64,000 bases of DNA from Geosiphon pyriformis uo1 (lineage: Eukaryota > Fungi > Glomeromycota). Location of the stretch: assembly GCA_016748015.1 (NCBI GenBank), contig JAAOMT010000436.1, positions 1,706,032 to 1,770,031 on the forward strand, given 5' to 3'. Made by a program: the position numbers and the translations under genes. A model generated the notes under the pieces. The model had not been told where the DNA came from, did not search any database, and worked only from the letters and a program-made list of their open reading frames with translations. Positions 1-13,347 of this stretch are shown piece by piece. Positions within the stretch are counted from its first letter, which is position 1. Each line of letters begins with the position of its first letter.

Positions 1-1196
1 TCCAAATAAATAAAGATTTTTAAGAATTTGTAATTTCGATAATAAGTTACCCTATCTCACACACACGACTAAATATTTAAAATAAAAGTTCCCTACTAGA
101 ATATATATAAAATGGGAAGTTTGGATTATCTTAATTCCGAAGAAATCTTGCTCTCTTTAGAGATTTCAATACAATGATTTTTTAGTTTGAATTTTGATTG
201 AAAACCGGTATCAGTAGATTAAACAAGTTTAAGCCTTTAGAATGTACAAATTCAATCTAAATGCAAATAAAATTCATTATTTGAATAAATTAAAAACTCA
301 TTTCACAAGATTTCTTATAATGGTTTTTTAATCTTCCATCTTTTAGCTTTTAAGTGACAAAAAGATAGAATTGAAATCAACTACTATTTTTCTACAAATT
401 AAAAAATTCTGTAATTTTTTATTAATTAAACTTAAAAATTTAGAAATTTATTATTAGTTTTGTTAAAACATTATTGAAAAAATTTCTAAAAAAGTTTTTT
501 TTGTATCAGTGCAATCTATTTTCAGAGAAATGGTTAGTGTTATTAAAATTTTAGACTTTTTTTTAAAAAACACTCTTGAGCCAATTATAATTGAGTAAGA
601 AAGGATATAGAGTTTTGAATAAGAAAAATAACTAGATAATTTTAATTAGACAAAGGATTCTTTTCATTATATGAATTCATAAAATAATTTTTTTTTGTTT
701 GCTTTGATTGATTTTTATTTTAAAACTAATTCTCTCTTGAGTTTATATATTTTAAAGTCGATATTTTATTTGAATATTTTTAAATAAATTATTTAACATA
801 ACTTTATCAAGATGAAGGAAAGCAGTTTTACATTGTTCTGCCATTTCATTGAGAGGAAACTATCTTCTGAAACAAATTCGAAAATTGAAAAATGTTGGCA
901 AAAAGTTTGCACGTTTAGCATGTGTCGATTTCCTCGGTGGGATTTGCAATGCTTCTATACTTAACTAAATCAAAAGATTTCCTATTAAGTAAATAGCTTT
1001 AAATTTAAATTGTTATTTTGATTTTCAATATAACACCAAATCCATTTGACGAATATAATAATGAATGATCTCGGATTAATCTTAGAGTTTTCCCAAAATA
1101 ACAAAGAAAGTTCACACTTCTTCGAAAATGGTTCTTTAAAAATACATGTAAACCCAAACACTATAATCAATAACTTTTTTATAATAAAATTTAATT

Positions 1197-2758
1197 ATGT
1201 TTCTGCGAAACATGCTCATAGTGTTTTTTATTTTATTTTCAATATTTAGCAGAAAGTATTTTATTAATGCGAAACCTCTGAACATTACTCGACATGAAAT
1301 ATTTTTTAATTATAAGAAACGGTCATTCTTAAATTCAATTTCTCCAATTGTTGACGAGTTTGATCAATTTTCTTTCAGTTCCGAAAGTTCCCTGAAAAAG
1401 AGTGAATTATTCTCGTATGATTCTTCATCTAATTTAGAAAATAGTGAAAGAAACGATGATATCACACAGGAATCGCTTTTCCAAAATTCAATTAGTGATC
1501 TAAAAGTATCAGAGAAACAGCCCACGCTTAACGAGCCAGCTTTAAGGGAACAATCACTTGACCAGTCTAAAACCATCCAAACTAATTCAATTATTGAAAT
1601 GACCCACCTATTTAATAGAATACGAGTTGTCAATCAAAAACTCTTGACTGACTTTCGTCGATTTGCTGTTCATGCAAATTCAGCGTATTGTGAAAAAACA
1701 GAATTTTTCAAAGTCATGGAATTTAGCCAGGGTTTTTATGGAATGTATTTTTTTTAAAATTCAATATTTGAGTTCTGATTCTTTTGTTCAACTTTAATTC
1801 TATAATCAAAACAATGTTATTTTTCTTCAGGCCACGCGTTTGTAGACGAAGCAAATTATGAAATCGTGATTTATTTGAGAGGTGATGATCATCAACGAAT
1901 CAGCTACTTGCTTTTTCCATCATGGAGTAAATATCTACCTGTTACAGACGCAACGGTTCATCGCGAAATGTATTTACAAGTCTCTCAAGGAGTAGAATTA
2001 ATGATGAAAAAAATTGATGATTTATTGGTCAAATATTTTGCATCGAATTTTAAAATTTGTTTTGTTGGCCATGCGCTGGGTGGCGGTATGAATTTTGGAG
2101 GGTTAAATTATATTTTTGAGCAGAAATTTTTATTCAAAATTTTTTTTCTTTTATTTTTCAAAATAACATATAAACTTATATTTATTCAATGTCTTTTTTC
2201 ATATTTTCTCAACTTCTCTCTTCTCGCTTGCCCTGAAAAAGCTTACGCACTTTTAGCTGGCCTAAATTACCTTGAAAACCGTGTTGACCATCGTGTGAAA
2301 ATCTATTCTTTTGGAGCACCCCGTGTCGGTGATTCAATTTTTGCAGACTACGTGTCAAATCAAATGAAAACCGGTCGACTTGACGTGTATCGTATAACAC
2401 ATACAAATGACCCATATGTTCATTTTCCAACATTTTGGTGGCCATTTCTTTTCATGCATTCTGAAGAAGAATATTGGATTGGGTTTGACGGCATGATTTA
2501 TCAATGCCCCAAAGAGATGGGACATGAAAGTCAAGTGAGTATTTTTGCTTTTTAAGGTTGAAAGTTCAGTGGTCAAGTTGGGGTGAGGTTTTGAGATAAA
2601 ATTTAAATTTTGAAAATCGGAATTGCTATTTATTCATTTCAAAATATTAGTCATGTTCAAATTCTGCAGCGTCCCAACGATACAATATTATACCATCTGT
2701 TAATGCTATGTACGGTCCTTATTTTGGAATTACTATGCGGACGTGTTCTACCATATGA
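1197..2758 (+). CDS. Secreted class 3 lipase-like protein, predicted catalytically dead (lipase locus 1; 4 exons: 1197-1740 [or 1731], 1831-2085, 2242-2534, 2651-2758)
   Basis: Hydrophobic N-terminus, long Ser/Glu-rich pro-region with a KKR site. Lipase_3 motifs: FAVHANSAYC, IYLRG, VH, FVGHALGG|AYA, YSFGAPRVGD, RITHTNDPYVHFP, HSEEEYW, and last exon SCSNS...NAMYGPYFG ending at TGA 2756-2758. Introns 2086-2241 (GTATGA..AAG) and 2535-2650 (GTGAGT..TAG) join in frame. The first donor is ambiguous. Confidence 0.85.
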
Positions 2759-3277
2759 AATCAAAAATTTCTTCTATCAAACCTCTGAAATGAGCAATAC
2801 AGACCTTAAATACATCCTTTTTCTCACGATATGATTTATGGGTATTTCAATTTTTTATTTATACCATGTATTTATATTGAAAAATTTATGTTTTTTTTGT
2901 CTGCCTAAATATTTTTTATAGGATATTAATTGACAGTTCGATCGGGTTTTTTATTTTAGGGGAATCATCTTAAATTCAGGAAATAGATGTACTTGAATGA
3001 AAATTTTTTATGTCTTACATGAAAAAATTTTTTGAACCAAATCTTATATATTAAAAATTTTTTGACCAAGGAACCTGAAGACCACGTGAATGTAACTATC
3101 TTAAAATAAGTTTAAAGTTCAAGGTGAATTTTTAAGTTTCCCGGCTGTTGTAAAATATGAAATCTTTTGTTTACTGTTTTGAAAGAAACCTATTCGAAAC
3201 TCTTTGTATAGTATTTTTGAAGTACAGGATTCGAGAAAATTTTTTTTTGCTGTTGAAAGTACTTTTTTTCATTTAAT

Positions 3278-5600
3278 CTTTGGTTTATAATTAAGCAGGT
3301 GTTAAATATGAATAAATCTTGTAAATATTTAGACTTGGAAAAAATTGTTAAGCTATACTATATTTTTATAAAATGGTAAACTTAAAATCTTCTCTTGAAA
3401 TATACTAATTAATTTATAAAAATTAATTTACTTTTGAATAAATATATTTCGCATTTTTTAATAAATTTATATCAGTACCGGAATTAAATAAGAATTGTTA
3501 CTTATAAAAACATGTTTAAAATAAAATAAATTTTTTATTTGATTTAATTTCAAGAAATTGCTATTAATTATTTTATTTATACCCAATTATTCTAAAGGTC
3601 TTTAATAAGATATTTTTAATAATTAAAAGTGATTTAGACGCCATAGATTTTATTAGTATTGGAAATAATATTTCCTTTTTATTAACCGCTCTCCCGAGAA
3701 ATTTAACTTTCTGAAGAATATATGGTTAGGAAATCAAATATTTACTCTTCCTTAATTAAATTTCAATCATTTTTGAATCCTAAAAAATTTATAGAACTAA
3801 TAAACGAATATTATTATTATCATAATAAATTTCAATATTTGCAAAAATTATTTGTCTAAATAATCAGGTGACTTAAAATAATATAATCAAATTTTTATTA
3901 TAAAAAGGTAGGCCTTATTCTATAAATTTGCGTGAGCAATCCCTCAATAAGTTTTTAGCAAATACAAAGATAAGTAAATTTAATATGTCCAGAAGAAATA
4001 AAACTTTAATCTTAATTCTTATATTATCAGCTTTTTACTTTTCTCCTCTAGAGAAACTTAAAAGTTCGATAGCCTTCAAAGAAACTTTAAGATTTAATAT
4101 TTCTCAAAAATAGAATGAAAGTTATAATTTCATAACCTCAACAGTTTGGGAGAATTTGCCAGAAGTTGCTTCACACATCAATCAAATTATCAAACGCTCA
4201 ATATTAAATGTCAAAACAAAAATGACGCCTCGAAAAGGAATCTTAGTTTTGATTGAATTCTTTGCAATTTTTGCAAGTGGTTTATATTTGTTTCCCATTC
4301 GAGAAACCTCCCATTGGTTTGAAAAAAGAGTTTAAACTTAATAGATTTTTTTGATTTAAAAAACAGTTTTACTTCATATTAACCTAAATTCTCTGGTCTT
4401 TAGCCAAAATTATACCGGTATCTAATCACGACATATTGTGTGTGATGTTGGGGGGACCAGTAATTATTTTTAACTTCTTTAAATAATATGTTTTAAAACT
4501 CAAATTATCGTAAAAATAATCAGATATTTGATAATTTTTTTTAGAAATTAACTTAAGCACAATGGTTTTCTATAAATCAAGCACAAGTAACATTGAGATT
4601 GAATGGAATTGAGTTACCTGACAAATCTATTCATGTTAATTAGCAGTTGTTGCAGGATATAGAATCCATATTTTTCCATTTAATACAAGATATTCGAAAT
4701 AATCTGCGTCTATACTCCAACATTAAATCTATTTATTTCATCGGACATGGAATTGGTGGAGGTTGATAAATACTATATTTCTGCTCTTCAGTCTAAAAGT
4801 AAAATTTTAAATTACAAATTTTGATTTTTTTCAAAAATAGCATACGCCTTAATCACTGGCCTTCTATGGAAATATGAACAGAATAAAGTTATGCAAAAAA
4901 ATCTTTGGCCTGAGATTGGCCTTGATAAAATACTCTCAAGGATTTTAACTTTTGGAGCTCCAAAAATTGGAAACAACCGTTTTAGTGTATTAATAGATCA
5001 AATAGCTATACATCTGCGTGTTACTCACGGAAATGATCACGTCTCACACTTTCCTGATGATTCTATGAAGTGGAAACATTCTGGTGCTGAAATCTGGCTT
5101 CAACCGTCTGGAAATTGTGATTGTCCTGAAAATCCCTATTTTTATTGGGATTGTAATAATTTATTGAACCCGGAGGAACTAAAATATGAAACGAATATGG
5201 TAGTTTTACTTCTACATGCATATATTTCTTAAATATTTTTAACGGATAAAAGCTGAAAATATTTTCACTTAGGAGTGCAATGCAGGTCAATCAATCACAA
5301 AGGTTTCAGATAACCTCTTCCATAATGGCCCTTATTTCGGTGTTATAATGGGTGATTGTAAAGGATTATAGTTGAGAAATATATAAAAATCGATACTATT
5401 CGAAATACTGTAATTTTGGGCAAATAACAAAGTACTCCTATAATTTGTACCCTAAGACTAATCAGTAAAAAAGTTTTAAAAGGGGAAAATACTGTTATTT
5501 TTGAACTTTAGCTTTTAGATTTTAATAATGCTTCTTTTCATAATAGGAAAGATTTACCATGAAAATATTAAAATACATAATGCGATAAAATTGACAACAC
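3278..5600 (+). repeat. Segmental duplication copy 1 (locus 2 plus flanks); direct repeat of ~15691-18180
   Basis: Clear similarity to 15691-18180 from 'cttggtttataat' upstream through 'atgcgataaaattgacaaca' downstream, including introns and upstream non-coding DNA. Confidence 0.9.
3985..5371 (+). pseudogene. Class 3 lipase-like pseudogene (locus 2), paralogue of locus 5
   Basis: Colinear with 16478-17865 and has the same exon structure, with GHGIGG, TFGAPKIGN, THGNDHV and FHNGPYFG. In-frame stops are TAG 4111-4113 and TAG 4641-4643 (CAG in locus 5) and TAA 4554-4556 (AAA in locus 5). There is also an indel near 4285-4310. Confidence 0.88.
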
Positions 5601-6399
5601 ATTTCAAATATTCAAAAAAGTACCATTATTTACTGCATAAAAAACTCAGGTCTGCTACATTTCAACCTGTAATTTTTCGATTTACCCTCCTCACCCTGGG
5701 TCTATTGTTCAGGAGAGGATGTAGTATTAGGGGGGTATAGTATTATTAGAGTATAATTTCATTTATCCAATTAATCACATTAGGAGAGGTGTAGTTTATT
5801 TCTGGGTTTTTATATTTTTGAATTACATCTGAGCCTATCCACCTTCTGCTGGGCCTTTGATGCATACAAAAATAAAGAATTTATACCGTAAAAATTACCC
5901 CACTTATAATCTTGACTTTCCTAGGAAGATTGGATAAAGAACCCATTTTTTTTTGATTTCTTAAGAATAAGCTGTAAACAAGTTTATTAAGATATTTTGA
6001 ATAAGAAATCTTAATTTTCTTGTTTAATTGTTTTGTTTTGAACATCTTAATTGAATTAAATAAATAAATAGATTTTGGGGGAATATGATGAGATCCTTTT
6101 TTTTAAAACATTTTTATCCGACCCACTTCTCGTTATTTTACATTGATATGATCTATCTAAAAATTTTCCCACAGAATATTAAATAACAATTTTCTTTTTC
6201 AATTTAAATAAAGTTTTAAGTTATATACAACTTTTAAAAAGAAATAAATTTCCATTTTCAAATATTAGTATGACATGTCTATTTTAAACTTTTTACTTAA
6301 CGGATTATATTATTCTTCATTTTGTTTAGGCTAAATTTGCAACCTCAGTCAAGAGTAAATTTAAAATCTCAATTATTGTAATTATATCCAAATTTTCGT

Positions 6400-6570
6400 T
6401 ATGAAATTGTGAAATGACTATGAAATTGTGAAATGGAAAATATTCAATTATTATATTACTTGAATTAAATGTCATCGTGTTCCATTAAATGAAGCATTGG
6501 CTATGAAATTGTGAAATGACTATGAAATTGTGAAATGGCTATTTTTTATAATTCACATTTGAATTCACAA
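6400..6570. repeat. 19-bp unit TATGAAATTGTGAAATG(A/G) x4 (two tandem pairs) followed by inverted TTCACA half-sites
   Basis: Units at 6400, 6419, 6502 and 6521; ATTCACA twice at 6551-6570. Confidence 0.85.
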
Positions 6571-8644
6571 CTTTTTTTTTGCAAGTATTTTTTTAAAATT
6601 AAAATTACTAAAATTGTTTTGTTATCGATTCTTGATTCTGCTCAAAACTTTTTATCAAATTTATAGTTTTTAAAATTCAAAGAGTTATTTTCAAGAATTT
6701 GACAAATTCTTTGGTTTAAATATAAATTTCCTCTCTCCAAGTCCTAATTCAATATGTAATTAGATATATCAATATAAGTAAGTAACTTTTTTAAAGGAGA
6801 ATATTACAAAGATTTTCGATGAATTATTCGAATTCTTTAAAATAATTTATATTAATTAAAACTCATTACATAAAAACTAAATAAAATATATTAGTCTAAT
6901 CATTTATTTTTTGAAAATTATGCACTCAAAGTCTATAAAATCTTTATTAAAATTCAGGAACGAAATAATTTATTTATTTCACATGAAAATAAAAAGATAC
7001 AATAACTTTGTGCCACTCTAATTCTAACCAGCAATTATATTGATGCGTAAAAAATAGACAAAAACTCAATGGGGTGATGACTGCAATCAAAGATTTTTAT
7101 AAATTTGACTTCTTTTGTAAAAAAAATTACAGAATTTAACAAATGTGAAAAGATTAATTATAATATCGCAAAAATCACTTCAAAAAATAACGATTTGGGA
7201 TGAAACGTAAAATTTTCTTGTTTTTCTTTAGTTGGTCTATGGTAAAAACTATTTGTAAACATGCTTAGAAACATATTTAATGTGTTGAAAAGCATTTTTT
7301 CGACCTAAAACAGAGCTTGTACTATGTACTAATTAATTTCAATATTTTTTCACCAGTTATTGATTTATTTGAATCTCTTTATTTTTTATTGAGACACAAT
7401 AATTCTCATGTTTGAACACCACTCTATAAATATATCTGCATAATTGCGTTTCAAGTAATGCCACATTTTCCCGATGTTGGTTTATGGAATTCATTTTAAT
7501 GGATATTTTCATCACAGATAATTATCTACCAAATAATTGTGATTATTTTGATGGAGAAACTATTTTCTAATAATATGAATGCAATAAGTGTTCTGAAACC
7601 CCTTTTTGGCTGTGTTCTGTTTTTCGATTTCAATGATAAGCAGATTGTAATGCAAAGTCAAATATATATTGGATTTCTTTTTTTATGATTATGGCCAGCA
7701 TATTTGTATTTAACAGGATTTTTGAATCAAATATGTTTGCCATATATTAAAGATTTTTTTAAACAATTAATTTCATTTTAAAAATAGATTGAAAAATGTA
7801 TTTTCAAATATTATAAATTAAAAATCTATTAAATAAAACTTGTTTCTAAATTAATTAATGTATCTAGTTAAAATTTACATTATATTCAAGTAATAAATTT
7901 TATTTTATTATATTTTTAAAACTTTTAAAATATGATATAGATATTATAACAAATTCTTATATAAGATGAAAATATCAAAAACTCGATTTTTCTAAATAAA
8001 AAGATTAAAATATTAGAAAAATTGTATAATAAATATTTGTAAAATAACCACATTTTAAATAATTAAAAATAATTATACATATTAATTATACGGTATAAAA
8101 TAAAAACTTGTACTCTTTTATACACTATTTATTAATCATAACCAAATATCAAAAACTCGATTCAAAACCAGAATTTTATTTGCCAAGCTAATGAGGTCAA
8201 ACTATTTTTGTTTTATCAAAAATTTATGTGACAACCAAATTTCTAAAATAATAATGAGTTATAAACATCTAATTTACTATAGTTTAAATTTTGTTTACAA
8301 CATTTGAATTTGATCTTAGCCTGGTTTTCAGCCAAAAATATAATTCCTAAAATGATATTTTCTCATCATGTGATTTTTAATCATAAAAAATTTAATAATT
8401 GTTCTAGAAATTAATGATAGCATTTTATTATATCAAAATTTAGGAATCATTAAGAAATATAATTGAAATGACAATTCAATTTAGAATCCTAGCGATTGAG
8501 GAGTATGTTGATGAAAATATTAAACCAAGTTTCATAAAGAATTTTGCAGGAAGCTCTTAAAAATTCATCGGTTCTAATCTCGTTGACATGAAGTGATGTT
8601 TCATGTTCCGTCTCACAATTATATCATCAATTCTATCTCATGTC

Positions 8645-8690
8645 TCAATTCAATCAATCAATCAATCAATCGATAAATCAATCAAATCAA
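8645..8690. repeat. (TCAA)n microsatellite upstream of lipase locus 3
   Basis: tcaattcaatcaatcaatcaatcaatcgataaatcaatcaaatcaa. Confidence 0.85.
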
Positions 8691-8901
8691 CTACAACTAT
8701 TTTGAAAAGCAAGATTCACCGTTCATGATAATCATTAAAATTATCTAATTATGTTAAAACGTTCGCGTTTCGAGATTATTTAGGAAACAGTGTGTGATAA
8801 AAATTCGATTAAACAACAAACATAATTTTTTTCTCGATTTCGAACCAAGAAATAAAATCCCTAGATCTTTAGTAAAATAGACTTATCTTTACTTTTTAAC
8901 A

Positions 8902-10586
8902 ATGATAAATCCACCCAAAATGCACAGCGAAAATTTCTTAAATCTTTTGAAATTTTTGCAAATTTTTATTTTTATTGGCTTTTTCATGACAAATGTAGAT
9001 TCTAAACCTGTCGGCCGCAAATTTGAGAATGATTTGTTAAAAAGAGATCAAAATAATTTTGATTTAACGACATCTGAAAACTCGAAATCATCACAGTTAT
9101 ATAATTTCGAGGTAGCAGAAGACGGTGAAAACAATCTTTTGAAATATATAGTGCAACCTGAATCCTTGAATTTTGAAAATGATAAAAATTTTAATTTGAA
9201 CTTTGACTCGGAAAATCAGCATGAAGATTTTAGATCAATATCAACTAATGACATTATTAGTGACAAAACAATTTCAAATGACATTATTTTTGATGACACA
9301 AATGGTAATCTAGATTTTAAAGGGCTTTAGAACTTGACATTTCAAAGTATATAATTATCAACCGTTATTCTCAAATCCCAATTTACCTAAAAAAAATACT
9401 CTGTGATTTTGCACTAGATTTTCCACTAGATTTTCCCAACATTGCGGCAGATTTTCAAAGCTCCGAATTTTTGAGTATTCCACACAAAAATTCTCTTAAA
9501 CCAACAGCTGATAAAGATTTTCAGAATTTCTCTTCAAAAAATAAAAATAAAAACAAAATCCATGAGACCCAACCATTAAATAAGAGCGAATCAGACATAT
9601 TAAACCTAAGATCTAATGCAAAACTAGTGGATCTAGCATATTGCAGCGATAAGCGTGTGAAACTTTCTCCTGGGATTACTGGTATTAAATGATTCCTGAG
9701 TTAGTTAATATGCTTTTCTATAATTTTCTTACTTTTTCAATCCTCATAGTACGCTATCAAGGAACATCAGATGGCATACTAATCATATTCGCAGGCCAGG
9801 AAGATGAATTAGATGAACACGTTTATGAGCGTTACACTTTAACAAACTACAAGAACCCTAAAATTAAAAATGCACTTGTGCATCAGAATTTATATAACGA
9901 GTTTTTGACAGTACGAGAAAAATTTTTGGGATTGGTAATGAAGCAAATCGATAGTAAGAAGACTCCATCATTTCAAACTATTTTGATTGGACATAGCCTT
10001 GGTGGTGGTACGACCTTTTATTTGTTTTTTCTATGTGACTTTAAGTTTTAAATAATTTAAATTTTTGATAAAATCCTTTTTCTAGTATATGCAATTTTCG
10101 CGGGTCTAGCCCTCAAAGAGCTCCGACCAAACCTAGTAATCCCTGTGATTCGCACTTACGGTTCCCCAAGAGTTGGCAACCAAGTGTTTGCCAATTATGC
10201 CAACACTCAAATACGTTTGATTCGATCAACTTTGTCAAATGATGATATACCACGTAGACCTGTTTTACATCCATATATATTTTGGGGAAACAAATATACG
10301 CATTTTGGAGATGAATATTGGACACCGAATGTGGATGCTGGAAGGGTTGTTAAAAATTGTCCGACTTTTGGAAAAAGATTGGAGAGTGAGGTAAAAGAAA
10401 ATCTGTCTTAATTGGGAAGATCAAAGGGGTTGGAAAATTGACGCTGAAATTTGAATGATAAACAATATCAAAATTATTCTTTAGGAATGTATTAATTCGG
10501 TAAAAGCTCCCTCATCGTTAGTTCACAACGGTCCATATTTTAATGTTTACATGAATCAATGCATTCACTATGAAATAAGACCCTAA
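8902..10586 (+). CDS. Secreted class 3 lipase with intact Ser-Asp-His triad (locus 3; exons ~8902-9304, ~9418-9681, 9750-10007, 10086-10390, 10485-10586)
   Basis: Signal-peptide-like FLQIFIFIGFFM, LKR dibasic site and Asn/Asp-rich pro-region. Motifs LVDLAYC, ALVHQN, IGHSLGG|VYA, TYGSPRVGN, SNDDIPRRP, HFGDEYW, ECINS...VHNGPYF; stop TAA 10584-10586. The last three introns splice cleanly GT-AG. The first intron (9305-9417) is inferred to bypass stop 9328-9330. Confidence 0.82.
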
Positions 10587-13347
10587 AGGTGATTGACAAG
10601 TCGGTAGCTGACAAAAAAGATCACTCGATTTCTTTGACGAGGAGGTTCAATATTTTCAAATGTCGTAATTTCTTACGCGAATAATCGAGGCTTTCAATTA
10701 CAAAGAGGCTTCATAACTAAATTAATATTTATCTTCTTTCACAATTTAAATTATTAATTAATAATCCAGATTTAATTATCTTAATTGTCGAGACCATATA
10801 TACGATAAATGCTAGATACTATTTATATAATTCCCACCCCCCCCCTTCACGTTTACATGCATTTTCAAACTGTTTGTGGGACCTTGTCAGGAAAAAAATG
10901 ATTTCCATTCTTTGCATTACCACTCAATCACAAGCTAAAGTTTCCTTAAGTAAAAAAAAACTGCTTCAATCTACAAAATCTCATCCTTCACACTTTGATC
11001 AAAAAGTAACTTTAGATTTATACTTAATTCTTTTTTTATTGATAAATATTATGTTGCTTTACATAATCCAAATAACATTTCGAAATACACAATATTTTGC
11101 ATAAAATATGCATTTATTTTAGATTGCAGTTTTCAAAGTTTTTATTTAAACATTTGAACAAAACTTAAATTATATTTGTTAAATTAAGGTTTCATTCAAG
11201 TTTATTGTAATTAAATTTATTAATAATGTAAAATTAAGAGTATTTGTTATTTTTGCACGTCTTTTTTAATAATATAAAGTTTTTTTTTCATTGTATACAA
11301 CAAATATAAATTGCATTAACAGCAAAAAATTCTGAAAATTTTTGTTTTTGTTAGAAATTAAGAAATATATAAATATTATAAAAATTAAAATAACAAAAAA
11401 AAGTAAATATGTTATAATAATTTTTAAACTGATATCATGATTTAATTATTTTTGTAAAATTTTAAACTTTGAATATTTAAAGTTAATGCTTAAATCAATA
11501 TTGCTAATAAACTTGTATATTAAAAATTAAACTTAAAAATAAAGTATTATTATTATTATTATTATTTTAAAATATTTTTTTTACATTTTTAATTTAATAA
11601 TTATGTTTTTAAATTAATTGCTTGAATAAAATACTAAATATTATAAAATTTAAAAATAAATAACAAAATTATAATATAATAAAAACCATAAAGCAATTAT
11701 TTATTAAAATTATATTTGTTGTTATTAATGCTATTAAAAATACAAGTAAAATAGCCGATATTATCATTAATATGAGTTATACTAAAAAATTGGCTCAAAT
11801 ATCCTGACCCAAATGTTTTTCCAATTCAATTTTACTGAGTCAGAAATATCCGAATATTGATCTAAAGCCTTGTGTTAAACCACCTTTTGGTCCTGCATAA
11901 GAAAAAATTCTTAACAATGAAGAAAGCCATGTAGCAACAAGCAAATCTTTAGATTAAAGTATCTATTTTCTTGAGATAAAATTAAATTAAATAGGGTAGT
12001 TTTTCAAGATTGAAATTTTTATTTAATTATTCTAGATAATCTAAACAGTAAGAGGCCAAGTTTTATATAATTTTGCAGCTTTAGAACTATATTAAAGCAA
12101 TTATATGATAACTATATTTAATTTTTTATCTTGATTTCAACCTATTAAATGGTCTTGTATTTTTTTTTATTTCATTCGTTATAATTTGAAATATTATATG
12201 CATTAAAAATGCCGAATAACTTCAAAAGAAGATTCTCAGTAATAAAAAACAGCATCAGACAAGAAAATGTACAATATATACAGTTTTGACATACAACTCT
12301 TTTAAACATAAACTTTGAAGATTTTCTTATTCAAGATATTTTAATACTAATCTTATAACACATATGAAAGCTAATATATATATGCAAGCTTAAATACAAG
12401 CAAAAATATTATGAATATTAAAAATACTATTTTTTGAAGATTTGTCAATTTTTTCAACTACAATTTTTTTTGCCTTTTTTATATAATACTTTGATATAAT
12501 TCAAATATTTCAATAAGTTAAAGTCTGACTATAACAGAATATAAGATATAACTTTTACTAAAAAATATTTAATTTTGTTATTAAAGGTAAAAATAGAGTA
12601 ATAATGTAACCAAATTTTAACCTGTTTATTTGCTAACTTTGAATATTATTTTTTTAAGCACATTAATTTCAGTTTTTATAGCAAAATAAGTTTTATTTTT
12701 AAAATAAACATAATACTATTAAAACCAATTGATTTTAACACCACTTAATAACTAGACTTTTTGGAAATTGTTTATTATTAAAATTGGATATTTCAAAAAC
12801 ATTTGGTTATTATCAAAAATCTTTACAAGTAAAAACCAGTAGTAATCGGTAAAAATCAAGTTATAAAAGACTTTAAATACAATTAAAATAATTTTTTTAA
12901 CACATTTAGACAAATATACCTTCAAATCGGTTCCGAAGAATTTTAAACATCACCTGACAAAGTTCTCAATCTAAAAATACAGCTAGTCCAGCATTTTATT
13001 GTTAATATTGAAAGCAGAGTAGCCGCTTTTTAATTTATTGATCCGAAAAGATTTAAACCCAAACGGATATTCGATTTTTTTTAAAATGAGTTATTACTTT
13101 GGCCAACTGTTTTTTATGTAATTTTAATGAAGTTTAAGTTTAAAAATAAAAATATAATAAAAACCTACTTATGAAAATATTTCCCGATGGTGTTTTTATA
13201 GACATTTTTTCAAAAGCAGAAAATTCTGCTAAAAACCTTGAAAGCACAAATATCTTTTTTTACATGAAAAATTAAATAAGTCTTTTTAAAAAAATTTAAT
13301 AATAGGAAAAGCCTTATATTTTATAAACTCTAGAAATTCCATAAAAT

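Noticed and set aside
9310-9330. Programmed -1 frameshift in lipase locus 3 (TTTTAAAGGG)
   Set aside because: The heptamer is not in X XXY YYZ register with the reading frame; a GT-AG intron explains the frame change more simply.
5528-11104. Short intergenic ORFs (5528-5740, 10874-11104 and similar)
   Set aside because: No recognisable motifs or splice structure; expected by chance in AT-rich DNA.
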